A DNA stretch of 63,993 nucleotides, counting the filler, from Reticulomyxa filosa (Eukaryota > Protista > Foraminifera), in NCBI GenBank assembly GCA_000512085.1. It is 17 parts of 17 records of this genome, joined end to end, with 100 filler letters (N's around TTAATTAATTAA, not from the genome) between each part and the next. Parts side by side here need not be neighbours in the genome. Positions count along the whole stretch, not along the records: positions 24,690 to 26,632 come from ASPP01010103.1; positions 26,733 to 32,148 come from ASPP01020801.1; positions 32,249 to 45,651 come from ASPP01003730.1; 14 more parts are not named here. One strand, given 5' to 3'. The position numbers and the translations under genes were made by a program. Shown here piece by piece: positions 25,767 to 38,780 of this stretch. Below the pieces are notes generated by a model. It did no database searches and was not told where the DNA came from. It saw only the letters and a program-made list of their open reading frames with translations. Each line of letters starts with the position of its first letter. Position 1 is the first letter of the stretch.

Positions 25767-26066
25767 CATTAACTTCGATCATTCGCAACAGTCCTCTCGC
25801 CAAACACATGGCCGTCTCCGACGCGTCCGTCGTTTGTCCGCTGCTCATTGTCTGCGCATATCGACAAGTTTTCCCTGTCATCTCCATCGCTTTTTGCACA
25901 ATCTCGTGGTCGGGAGTGCTCTCCGATATCTGCATGTACCGCCGATCGAGTCGCCAATCGCCCCTCCATAGCACAGTCCTTGCGCTCTCGACAACACCAA
26001 TTCTATACTCTTAGTTGAATACTCACTCAATGTCAGCCAAAATGGATTATCTTTCATCTCTTTTTA

Positions 26067-26102
<36 letters not shown>

Positions 26103-26632
26103 TGGTTATTATTTGGTTATTATATATATATATATATAATATTGTGTTATCTTCTTTTCTTTTTTTTTCTCTTCCTTCTCTTGGCTCCACTTTCTAACCT
26201 ATTCCTAAAAAAGGAAGCGAATTAGAATCCTCGATTATACATCCCTTCAAGTGCGTCAAATGGTCACTTGAAAAAACGCTGTCCAAATCAGTCCCATGCT
26301 TTTCCGTTGACACCTTGTCCTCGTCCTCTTCTTTTTCTGTTGTGCTTGAGTCTTCATAGTCATCTTCAAACTCCCTCTCCTCGCTGTCATTGCTATCGCT
26401 CTGAATTGGCTGGCGTTCATTTTTAGGGTCACTCAGTTTCGAAAGGATTTGATTGGATTCGTCTTTTTCATCTTTTTCATCTTTTTCATTTTTTATTTTG
26501 TCTTTGTCTTTGTCTTTATCTTTATCTTTATCGGAAACGTTTTTCTCACTTTGTTTGTCATTACCACTTTTTTTTTGCCCGTCTTCTTTTTCCATCTCAT
26601 TTCCTTTTTCATTCTTATCATCATCATCATCA
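24772..26632 (-). CDS. ADP-ribosylglycohydrolase (ARH/DraG fold) family protein, probably catalytically degenerate, with one apparent frameshift; 5' truncated
   Basis: RAQGLCYGGAIGDSIG (alternate frame, about 25941-25990), SGQTTDASETAMCLARGL, NGSLVRVMPL, SSLTH and GGAANSNCCVVGGLMGA; acidic N-terminal exon; polyQ tract. Confidence 0.85.
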
Positions 26633-26732
26633 NNNNNNNNNNNNNNNNNNNNNNNNNNNNNNNNNNNNNNNNNNNNTTAATTAATTAANNNNNNNNNNNN
26701 NNNNNNNNNNNNNNNNNNNNNNNNNNNNNNNN

Positions 26733-28258
26733 TTTTTTTTTTTGTTTTTTTAATAGACTCAACGGTTTCATGTTGTTTTTTTTTGGAGAGCGTGGACAAT
26801 TTCTCCATCTTTTGAAACACTGCACAAACGATCTGGGTCAACACAGCTCGTGCTTTCCATTTTGCAATTCAAAACAAAACAAAGACATTCAAATGCAGAA
26901 ATATGCAAGTCTAATATACACATACATATGTACATATGCATATGTATATGTATTATGTGCATAACCCTGTTTCCCTTGTAACAATATGAAACATGTATGT
27001 AACAACACATTTCAAAAAAAAAAAAAAAAAAAAAAGCACCTGAGGTTTGGACATCCACATTTTTGGTAGTCAAATAAATGTTATAACATGACCGCATACA
27101 TAGCAATAAACTCTGTCCATGCACTTCACACGTGGGAGAGGTGCCCAATGTCAATATGCTTTTACTACCTTTTGTTTTTTGTTTTTTTTTTTCTCTCTTC
27201 TACACTGCGAAAAAAAAAAAAAAAAAAGAGTGTGCACATACATAGACACAAATACAAGTGACAAAAAATTAACTTGCAAATGCACTTTGTCCGAGTCAAT
27301 TCGGTCACAATTGCAAATAGTCCGAACGATATCATCAATCAAATATTCCCCATTCGCATCTTTTCTGACATGTGTATATGTGTGTTTTAGAAATCCCGGC
27401 AAGATGTAAGTTAAGAGCGCATCGACAACAAGTCTCACACAAAAATGGTAAGGGCAAGGAGAGGGGAGAGAGAGGGGGGGGGAGGAGAAGGTGGTTTAAT
27501 TTTGAAATGTGATCCCTTTTGTTTGTTTGTATTGAATATTATATTCTCTTGTGTTTTAATTCTAATATGCGAGAACTATGTGAAAAGCATTAGGATGTTG
27601 ACATCTCCAATCAATGTCGTAATGCTGGGATGATATACATGAAACAATAATAATAATAATAATAAAAGACAAAAGGAAAGAAAAAATGAGATGATGATAA
27701 AAGTTACATTGATCCTGTAAGTATAGACGTGGCAAGTAATTTTTGAATGCAATCCAAAGCCACTTCGATGACGTGCGGAAGATTAGTGTCGCATGCTTGT
27801 TTGAAGACGGTCCAGTAGGGGTCTGCACTATCGATTGGTGATGAATTGCTGTCCTTTGTTTTCTCCTTTTCTTTTGACTCGACACTAGCCTCGGCGCTGG
27901 ACACTTGTGTGTTAAATACCGCGATCAAGTCTCTCAATTCCCGGTTTTTTCGTGGCAATACATTCAACAGTTTCCCGAAACACTGCAACAGTTGCTGCTT
28001 GGTCATTGCTATTTTTTCTGCCTGTCTCTGCTCCGATTCTTCACGCATTCGGCTCAATACATTGCTTTCTGCTTCTACAACCGCGGAGGATGATGCAGTA
28101 GGAGAGGGGGCGTTCGATTCCATGTCTGAACTGGGCTCTACGAGTTGGCCGTCCTCATGGGCATGTGCACTTTCTACGTCTTCTTTTTCTTCAGAGGGAA
28201 GAGTGACATTCTCGTAAGACACATTGTTTTCTTGAGATTGGGTATCAAGAGTTGACAT
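26733..28258 (-). CDS. BIG/Sec7-family Arf guanine-nucleotide exchange factor, N-terminal DCB region (3' truncated)
   Basis: PYWTVFKQACDTNLPHVIEVALDCIQKLLA; LIDDIVRTICNC..DKVHLQ; KALLTLGTSPTCEVHGQSLLLCMRSCYNIYL. Confidence 0.88.
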
Positions 28259-28599
28259 CTCCTGTATAATGATAAATTTTTGATTATTTGTATTTAATCC
28301 AAAAAATTAACCCCTTGGAAATATCAACTTCATCCAAAAAAAACTTTTGTATCCTTTTCTCAAAAAAAAGATATTTATTTGTTACACTAAAAACTGATGT
28401 TTTGGTCAATCGTGCATTATGATCCGCGAGGCATAAATTTTATCAAGTTGCTGTTGAATTTAACGAGAAATTAACCAAATTTTTCAAATCTACTTCAGAA
28501 ATGAAATAGATTTGAAGTGCATAATTAAAAATTTTAATTATTTGTTATTTTAATGTATATAATAAAGTACTTCGTAAAAATTTAGGAAAAAAAAGTGTA

Positions 28600-29190
28600 A
28601 TGCAAGTAAAATGAAGATGTTGATATGAATAATCTTTTTATTTGAGTGATCAGTATTAATTAACATAAAAAATATATACATAGAATGCCCTTGACTTGGG
28701 CGACAATTAATTATATTTTCACGTTTTAAATTTTGTTATAAATTTTAATAATATCTCTGATTCATGCACATGAATGACACTTTTTATAAAAAATTATTTA
28801 AATAACATCACAACAAACATTTTAAAAAAATTAAATCGTAATCGCTTGTAATATTTCAAAGAATATCATTAAAATGTTTGAAATTGAGCAATATATCACT
28901 ATTGATTAATTTTCAAAATGAAAGGATTATCATTAAAGAAGTTGACAATATGCATTACATTTTTTTATTATTCCAAATATATAAAATGTAATTTTCAAAA
29001 AAAGAATTTTAATGAATGTAAAATGAATGTAGTATATATTTGTTATATTGTAAAGTTTAATTAATGTAAAATAAATGAAATACACTTGACTTGGACAACA
29101 ATTAGATATATTTCGCTACCTGAATTATATCTAAAATTTTATGTATATGTACGACTTAATCACATACATTACACTTTTTATAATGAAATG
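28600..29190. repeat. Degenerate AT-rich direct duplication, period about 395 bp
   Basis: CTTGACTTGGGCGACAATTA (about 28690) versus CTTGACTTGGACAACAATTA (about 29085); each is followed by ACACTTTTTATAA. Confidence 0.6.
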
Positions 29191-29878
29191 TGCTTATTTG
29201 TAATTTAAAAACTTTCAGTTTTGCGAACTAAATTTATACAAAATTGATTTGTTAATCAACTTTCTTAATGACAAATTTAAGAACCTATTGAAATAGTATC
29301 AATCACAGTGACACAACGGCCACATTTACAGTCATACAGACAATAGAAAAAAATGTATATTATATATACTAAGGACAATGAAAAAATAGTAATAATTTCA
29401 TGCTATGGATAGAATTGTATTGAGTGATGAGGCGACTATTATGTGTTGATAATTGTGCTTCAGTGAGTCGCACATCAGACTCAGAACAGTCCAATAATAA
29501 AAGAATCATGCCACTGATGAATTCATAAGTGTTAAAACCACTTCGAATCATAGTCTTCCATATTTTTCGTGATATTTGATTGTAAATTTGGTTTTTCTTA
29601 AATTTTCCTCTGGCGGACAAACAAAAAAAAAGTATAATAATACTGTATTTAAATGCTTCATTTGCAAAAGGCTAGAGCAGAAACAAAAAAACACAATTTT
29701 GCGATTTACAATAAAATTTGGGTGGTAAAAAAGCTTAGATTTGACTTTGTAATGACACATGATATCTGTAAGAATTGGGCTTAGTATTAATCTCTCCGAC
29801 AAACTTAATTCTAGTTATTTATTGTTTGCAATTTTTGGAAAAATTGTGTTGTCAATTTCAAAAAAATGCAAAAATAAA

Positions 29879-32109
29879 TCACTGCAGTCCGAATCCTTGA
29901 GAATATTTAATTGCGAGTGTAAGTTTTTCTTCCATTATCTCTAGCTTCGGGTAAGCAGGCAGCATCAAAGTGTTGAAGCAAGTATGAGCAGTGGGAAGCA
30001 TTTCTCCATCGTAAGGATCAGATCCAACCCGATGGATCACCAATCCTAGTTTCCCCAATCCTCGCAAGGGCGCTCTGTGTGACCCTGTGACAAAAAAGAG
30101 CAATTTTTTTTTGTTTTCTTCATCAAACGACTTGGCCACTCTCCAAAACAAGCGAATCGAAGGATGGTCCGAGTGATATCCACCTTCATATTTCGTTGAG
30201 ACTTCCAAAGCATCGAAATCGAGTACAGTGTTTCCGACAACCAATTTTTCCAACTCTTCGCCCATGAACAATCTAAAGGCATTCTTACCAACGACCATAT
30301 GAAAGCCTTTTGCAAATGGCTCAAATTGTTTAGCAATGCTTTCGTTCAAATACCAATTGACCAACTTGTCAACATAGTTGAGGACATTTTCATTGGTGAC
30401 ATCAATTGACTCTCCATTAGAAATCAGGTCATGTTTTTGAACTTCGCCAAATACTTGGTCTTCGACACAAAAGACCAAGCACAAATCTTTGACATCTCTG
30501 CCGCTTTCTGGCCACTTCATAACTTCTTCCACTGACTTTCCAATGGTAGAATCCATGTCTTTCAACTCATCCAATCCTACTTTTTCGCCACAAAGCTTTT
30601 TGTAAACGACCAAAGGAAAGCGAATGTCAAGCAAGACTCCATTGTAAATGCCCAAGCCAATGATGATACCGAGTAGCCGGAACGTGTTTTCGTCTTCAAA
30701 CGAGTGGCTATTGAACCAATACGTGCACGTGTTTTCATTATAATTGAAACAGCCATACTTGATATCGAACAGCTCTTCAATGATCAGTTGGAAAAACTCC
30801 TTCTTCACACCCCCTTGATCGACAGCCTCTTCGCCCTCAAACACAACTTTCAGTTCTTTGAAAAAGTCGTTGGGACTGTTTGCAATGGTGTGTGTAACAA
30901 TGGCCAGCGTGTCGGGCAGCAAATGAGGTCTTCGCACGCGAATGACAAAATAGGGCTGCGGAATCGGGAAAAATAAGTTGAATCCCATTATCATATTAAG
31001 GTTAAGATTACCATCCAACGCATGCTGTTGTCTCGACAACTGCTGTTCGATTTCAATAACCTCTCGTTTGGCAACCGGATCCAGCAAGAACGGATACATG
31101 CAAAACGCAAATATGTTCCCTCGACCACGACTATTGAGTCCGGCCGTGTTGGTGGTGGTGGTGGTGGCAAACGAGCCCTCGCGCCAACGAATAAAGTCGC
31201 TTCGATAATCGATGAGTCCGCTACGTGTCAATGTCCGATTGTAAAACTCTTTCAACGCCAAGCGGTCTTTGGAACTGGGCAATCGTTGATTGGCACGCCA
31301 AAGATAGTCCATCACCATCACAATACGAAATACGTACATGTCGATTTTTTCTTTCAGTTCCACAAACATGGTAAGACAGTCTTGTAGTCGTTGCAACAGA
31401 AGGCGACGCGAAAATACGTCCCATTGCATGAGCCACTCGACCATGTCTTGCTTCAGATCATCACTTATGCGTGTGATCGAGTCATTCAACAAAGAGGTCA
31501 TTTCGTGATTGAAGGAAGCATTGAGCAGCTCTGGGAACACAATAAGGATAAAGTAATAGCGCAATCGCAACGCTTCTTGTTGGTAATGAACATGACGACC
31601 ACTGTTTTTAACCACGTGCGACATTGCCTTGATAAACGCATTGGACACGCGCGGATCAATATTCAACAGCCGATTATACATCTTTTGCAATGACTCCAAG
31701 TCCACACCTGTACCGGGCAGTAGATGGTACATGTTGCGATTGGTTGGAAACGACCCATTCAACAAACTTGGTGATGAAAATACCATTCGCAACGTCGAAG
31801 ACAGCTTTGCAATGTTGCCACTGCTTAATGCAATGTCACACAAGTACGCAATCGCTCGCTCATCGACATACGTCGGTTTCATGAACAAGTCCAAGTTGCT
31901 CACCTTCGTGATCAAGTTGTCTTCAATCCTCTCCGCCAAAACCAATGTGCAGAAACTGCTTGCACATATCTTGGCCACTCTTTTGTTGCTCTGCTTGTCC
32001 CATGAGACTTCACACGCCTTCCAAATCTTGCTTCCATCGTTCGGGTTCCCTGTGCATTGACCCTGAGAATTGTGGCCAAATATCCACACGTGAATGCCAT
32101 CCGTCACCG
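29879..32109 (-). CDS. HERC-like HECT E3 ubiquitin ligase (RCC1 repeat + HECT), 5' truncated
   Basis: FGHNSQGQC (RCC1), YPFLLDPVAK, LKVVFEGEEAVDQGGVKKEFF, FVTGS, catalytic LPTAHTCFN and a terminal GFGLQ. Confidence 0.95.
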
Positions 32110-32112
32110 CTG

Positions 32113-32148
<36 letters not shown>

Positions 32149-32248
32149 NNNNNNNNNNNNNNNNNNNNNNNNNNNNNNNNNNNNNNNNNNNNTTAATTAA
32201 TTAANNNNNNNNNNNNNNNNNNNNNNNNNNNNNNNNNNNNNNNNNNNN

Positions 32249-32318
32249 TTTCATGGAGAAAATCAATTATCATCATATGATACCGTTTTATGTGTTCAGT
32301 TTTCTTTGCAACCTACTG
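32249..32318. mobile_element. Right end of a MITE related to 8122-8477
   Basis: TTTCATGGAGAAAATCAAT...GTGTTCAGTTTTCTTTGCAACCTACTG|TA at the contig start. Confidence 0.85.
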
Positions 32319-32479
32319 TACAATCGAAAAACTGATCCTTCCTGCTGAGCAAAAGCAATTTAATCGTACCTGATCCAATATATGACATGGTACTCAAAGA
32401 AAACGAAAAATGCAAAAAAAGCCAAGTGGTTTCACAACATAAAGTTTTTTACTAGTTTTTCAAAACATGTTTGATTTCA

Positions 32480-35000
32480 CGAATTTTTTCTTGCATGCCA
32501 ATGGCATTTCACGTTTGCAGGACAGTTCCTGACTGATTCGTTGCCAATGTTTCCTTCTTGTGGCAACAAATTTTGACAATTCTTTTACGGTCTTGGTTCT
32601 TGTGAAAGGTGAACATTTTTTTGTCCCCAATTAATAAATGTTTCAGATTTATCGATTTTACATTCAGGTTCCACATCTGCAAACCATTTCATTCGTATTT
32701 CATTGTAATGTGGACATCAATAATATTACGTATATATTTCTTGTGATGCTTGTTGTGATGTCTTTCGTTCCATTCGTTGGTCCAATGTCTATTCCACAAT
32801 AATGTGAAATATTGATCCAATCAATGCGCATTCAAAAATGAAGTACTTTTGTCATATTTTTGAAATATTTCATACTGTGTTTTTTAGACACTTTCTCGTG
32901 CACACTTTGCAATTTGATCTGCTTTTTCATTGACTGGAATACCTGAATGTCCTTTGATCCAATAAATTTCAGTCACATTTTTAGCATCTATCATTGACAT
33001 AATTTTTTGACAATCACTAACTTGATATTTATACATTTCTGGATCACATTTATTCATAATTGCATTTACTGCAAATTTGCATTCATTCAAAATTATTAAT
33101 CGTTCTTTCTTGTTTTTATAATATTTGTCCAAATAATTTTTATTGATTCAATTCCGGATTCAATACCTGTGGTGATTCTTTTAATTGAAATTTCCAAATC
33201 AACCTATTCAGATAGTGCTGGATCTTGAACTACTAATCTAACACCATCAATCATATGATTGGTCATTGTGCTAGAATATGCAAAAATCACGATACAATTG
33301 TTATCCATAAGCAGTACTTTGAATTATTCCCAATATTATATATAACGCAAGTCTTTAGATATGATTCAGCAGTACTATTCCATAATGCACATGCATATTC
33401 CAAATTCAGTCTGATTATTGTTTTGTATAATAAATTATAAACAGACAAGCTTTCTTGCTGCCTTCACATATACATAATCAATGTCCATAATTAATCGTAA
33501 ATATTTTACTTTATTTATTTCATGAATTTTTGCATCACTGATATAGAATGCTAATGGTGGATACTTTCTTTTGTTCTTGCAACGAAATATAATGAATTGT
33601 GATTTTTCTGACGACAACATCATCTTCCACTTTTATGCATATTATTATATTCCATCAAGACTGTTTTGGAGAATCTGCAATTGATTGTTCATTTTATCTA
33701 TATCAGACGTATAAATTGATGTCCACAATGCGACATCGTCTGCAAACATCACACATTAAATTGGTTCATTGACTGCACTTGTAATGTCATTGATTTACAA
33801 CATGAACATTAATGTGGACAAAGATGACAATTGATTTACTCCAGCTTTGAATTCGTGTATTGATGAATTGATTACATTTAAGACAACGTGTCCAAATATG
33901 TCAGATAGAAAACTATCGATCCACCAATATAATTTTCCACGAAGTTTGAATTTATGTAGCATTTTAAATCGTAGTCCATAACGCCAAACACTACGTAAGC
34001 CGAAGAAATATCAAACATTGCAGCATAAGTAACTCCGTGATTCAAGTATTTGTAAAAATTACAGTACAATATAAATGTTTTCATATGTTGGGAAATTGAT
34101 TGAATGCATTGTGATAATGAAAATAAGATACTTGAATGATCATTGAATGTTGCATCAAAGATAAGAATGATTTCAATACTGAAACAACAAATCTAAATTG
34201 CACCTGAGACTTTCAGAATCAATACAAGTATCACTTAACAAGAACGATCTAGTTTGTGAATTGAAACAGTATTTGCCTTTTTCCATGCTTTGGGAAAATA
34301 TCATATTCTGTTACTCAACCTAAAGATCATCACAATTGAATCAAGCATACTTTGTCCACCATTTTTCAGCATCAAATTATGTATATTATCAGGACCTTGT
34401 GTTTGTATTCAGACACATGTCTGATTGCTTCTATAACTTCTTCTGTAATTTCTGATTGATACCATCAAATTGTAATTGTGTTAATATAATTCAAACTCTT
34501 TTGAGATCTGCACAGCTGACATATTTCATCTCCGACATATTGATAATGTCCCTAATCTTCATTTGATGGTTTTGGAGGCTGTTGTAGTTTAGAAAACCAA
34601 TTTGCAAGTAAATTTGCTTTGTCAATATCATTTTCAGCAATAGAAAGTGTGTTTATACTTTTCCTGGATTCACCAAAGATAGAATTATTGCAATTTTGTT
34701 TGAGTTAAATGATCGAAATTGACAAAACATTTGTTTTGTGTTTCAACTATGCGATTCAATACTTTTTGTAATGTACAATTGTTTTTCACAACAAAGATTC
34801 CTTTTTAGCTTTTGATTTTGCTGGCATCTTCTTTGTACATTTCATAATTTTCTGATTTATTATTTTTTCTAAAGTTTCTTTTCAATCGATGCATATTTTG
34901 CCTTTGCTTATGCAATTTATTACTAATCAAGGCTTATTTCCTTTCTAAATCATTTTTTGCCCGATTGTGGCTTTTCCCGTTTCAACCATACAATGACTCT
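32480..35000 (-). mobile_element. Decayed non-LTR retrotransposon (reverse transcriptase + RNase H)
   Basis: In 5' to 3' order on the minus strand: GPDNIHNLMLKNGG, YAAMFDISSAY, VMFADDVALW (about 33725-33755), KVKYL, IRLNLEYACALW, and RNase H IYWIKGHSGIPVNEKADQIAK; many stops and frameshifts. Confidence 0.9.
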
Positions 35001-35804
35001 ATTCTTTTTCTTTGATTCTGTTTGCATTATATCAAGCAGTAAAATCATGAACTTATAACACATGGATAAAAAAAGTGAAAGTTATATTTGTAGTGTCGCG
35101 TTAGCAATAAATAAGCAAAAAGAAAGTAATGTGAAAATGTTAGAAAGAATTAAAAGCAATGGAATGAATTATTACGAAAGCATATGATGGATGAAAATAA
35201 ATGAGAAGTATAGTAAAATTGCATTTGGATTCATGAATATTGCAAATGTACTAAAAGATATTATAAAAATCTTTATATGTGAATATATGGGAATTGAGCT
35301 ATTCGATAAGAACAATCGCTAGATCACCTATAATATTGTACAAAAGTAATCTTTTTTTCTTTTTTCTTTGAGACTATAAAAGTTATACATATTTTCAATG
35401 GAAGAATTTTATTGCTCAAAATAAAATGCTATCACTACTAATAAATAAGTCATTCTTTGATAGTTAAATTGAAGTTTGGTTTTGTTGTATCGAAGGTATT
35501 GTGAATGTTGTGTCACCGGCTTGAGGAACCACTTCCATTCAAAGAAAATTTTTAGTTTCTTCCATCTTACATTTTTTGATTTAATGAAAAATTCTTAGAA
35601 ACAAATGGGTCAAATCACAAAGCGCCAACAGCGAAAAACAAACACTAAACAAAAAGGATTGATCCCGTCCAAAATGATGTGACTGTAAGAGTGAGAAATT
35701 GCTGGGAGTAAGAATGACTAAGAAATGGACACAAAAGTATAAGAGTATACATCATGCATCGCAATCTTTTTTTAAAATGAATCTATTTAAAGAGGGATAG
35801 CAAT

Positions 35805-38151
35805 TTAATTTGCTGCATCATCAGCATCATCAAAATCATCTGTTTTCGGCCTTTCTCCAACATGTAGTTCAGTTTGATGTCTTGTGGATTGCCACTTTTT
35901 CATTTGCTCCAAATATTTATCAGAGAAGTCACCTTTAATATTAGCCTTGCCCTATGAACCGTCCGACCAAACATATGCAAATGGCGTTTTCGCTTCCATT
36001 TGTGAACCATCAGTGAAAAAAGGAAGTAAAAAAAACTACTTAACAGCAACCCATGGATGCGCCAGTACTTGTGCCGCGGTTAGCCTCTCTTTCGTGTCTT
36101 TGATGAGGCATTTTTTAATAAAGTCCTTGGCATCATCAGACACTTCATCCCAAAACGGAGATGGAAAAGCGTATTTTGCTTTTTTGATTAAATGATACAA
36201 ATTTTTCATATTGTTGTTCGGATCAAAGAATGGAGGGAATCCGCATAGCCTTAATGAGACCATATTACAAAGCACATACAATGCATGTTGCAAGCTATGT
36301 CTCTTCTCACTTCAAATGATAGTATGATACAGAAAAAGTAAAAATAGATCCGAACAAGGTATAAGTGATGACTCCCAGCGACCAAATATCCGCCTCGACC
36401 CCATAGGCATGATTTCCCAAGACTTCTGGCGCAGCATAATGTGCAGTTCCGCATGGAGTGGTACACGGTCCATCATTGCAGTCGCCAGCCAAGCCCAAGT
36501 CGATGATTTTGACCGAACTGTCGTGGGCTTTCGTTAAGTACATGACATTGTCCGGCTTTAAGTCTCGATGCACAAACTTGTGTTGATGAAGATGTTCCAA
36601 GCCACTGGCAACCTGTTGCACCACATGCGCGGCGTCCAGCTCACTAAATTTTTTCATATTCACCACGCGTTCAAACACATCCCCTCCGTCGCAATACTCC
36701 ACCACCATGTAAATGCGTTTTTTCGTGTCACACCAATCCAGCAATTGCACTATATTTGGATGGTTGCACTTGACATATATGTCAAGGTTGGTCATTGGTT
36801 TGTGTCCGATTATTTGTTGAATCAACATTCGAACACAAGTTACAAACAGACATATTTTCACCCTATCTGTTTCCGAGCAATTTCATTTTTTTAAAATAAA
36901 AATTTATTTTAAATAAAAAAAAAAAAAAAAAACATACACTTTGTAAAACGTAAATTTCCTTTTGCAAAGCTCGAATGTCCGATTTCGATTTTCCTTTTTT
37001 TTTAATCATCTTCAATGCAAAAACTTGTTTATCACTCTTTCTCGAAATTTTGCGGATTTTTGAAAATGCTCCTCTATAGGTGACATTATGTTTTTTGTTA
37101 TGTCTATTGTTTTGTTTGTTTTTGTTCATTCAAAAAGATACAACAACAACAAAAATTTTAAAAAATAAAAAAACAGAAACTTACAACTTACACTCAACTC
37201 GCCAATTTTGCCGGCTTCGATCCAATACTTTTTGAAAAAGTCTCGTTCGGTTAATTCATTGGCAGGAAGTTTGATTTCCTTTTCGACTTTTTTGAGCAGA
37301 GCGTCTGTGTTGTCCACGTCGTCGATGTCATCCAACAGATTTTCCTTCGACGTTCGTGAGCCCACTTCCACTGTCTTGGTCGTCCCAGGGCCTCGGTCTG
37401 TTTGTGCTCGACCGAATTCCATTTGATTCGACTTTGAAGCGGGTCTTGTGTCGTTGCTTCCAAGCGAGCGATTCACTTGTGCCTGTGCCATTGCAGCTTT
37501 AATTCATTGATCCCATTCGATTCAAAAAAAAAATAAAATAAAAATTATAGTTTTGTTCTGTCAATGAACAATCTCATTACAAATTGCAGTTGATGATTGA
37601 ACATATTTGTTTGTTTTTTTAATGTGCGATCAAAAGGGTTCAGAATAAGACAATCGATGACACGTACCAGATAGATCAAGCTCTGGACCAGGAGCACGGC
37701 GATATTTGTCAGCTTCGGATGGCTTTTTGTGAGTATTCGTGATCGCATTGTCAGTGGTTTGTTGTTTGCGAGGATCTTCTTCTGGCGGTGGCGGTGGCGG
37801 TGGAGGTACAAAGTTCATACTTCGACTCCATCCGCGGGTGTGACGATTGGCTACTGCTGTGCCCTGAAATGATGGAGAAGTTGCTCTCGGAGAACTTACT
37901 TTTCCATTTTCTTCTGAGGGCTTTGGTGATGACACTTGTGGGGGGTTTGACATATGTCGCTTTGCAGCTGTGCATTTTTTTTTTTTATTACGTATAATTT
38001 TTTTTTTTTTTTTGATGCAACGAAATAGCTTTTTTTTAACTTCTCTTTTTTAAAAAAAATACTATAGCGTACATATACACGTACCATTCTCTACAGATGT
38101 TTCTTCTGGCTTCATTCGTACTTGTACAGTTTCGGTTTTGGGCTGTAACAT
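35805..38151 (-). CDS. CaMK-group Ser/Thr kinase with Pro/Ser-rich N-terminus, multi-exon
   Basis: GAFS, FALKMI, HPNIVQL, HRDLKPDN, DLG, CGTAHYAAPE, DIWSLGVI, LCGFPPF, WDEVSDDAKDFI, HPW; start at 38151 is tentative. Confidence 0.92.
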
Positions 38152-38780
38152 TTCCTTCTGGGTTATTGTTTGGGATTTGTTTCAAAGTTTATGCGAATGC
38201 GATTACAACTCGACAAAAGAACAAACAAAACTGTTGACGATTCATCCCCCAAACCATTGACAAGACCCCGAATTTCGGTTTCAATACCTGTCATTCGCAC
38301 CCGAAGACTTTCAAATTCTTGCATTTTTACTTTCTAGCCAAAACACATGAATCCGTCGTTATCAAAAATACTGAGGAAATAAAATAAATAAGATAATCAC
38401 AATACTCAACTAATGCCTTTAAAGTTTGGCTGTAGTCTTCGCTTTGTTGTGTCATCTTTTGATGGAGGGATGTGAATTTTGATATTTATTATCCTCCTTG
38501 TGTATTTTTTCAAACGGCTCAAAGTACACACTACAACCACTTTTTAAGAGATTCTGGCTGTACTTCTTATCCTTTCGGGATATCATCACTTAAATTGGAT
38601 AATTATTAGGTTGTTAGTTCCTCAAAATCTTTTTGACACGTGCTGATACTGTTCCAGATATCTTTACTGTTTTTTGTTCAAAATAAAGTTTACTTAAAAA
38701 AAAGATTTATGCTTAATCTACAAGGGAAAATAAAAATCCAACAGTCAAAGAGCATTTGTTCATTTAAAAAAAGGAAACAT

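Noticed and set aside
2397-26632. RelA/SpoT-like and ARH-like genes as one linked toxin-antitoxin or defence locus
   Set aside because: They are on different contigs separated by artificial spacers; no linkage can be inferred.
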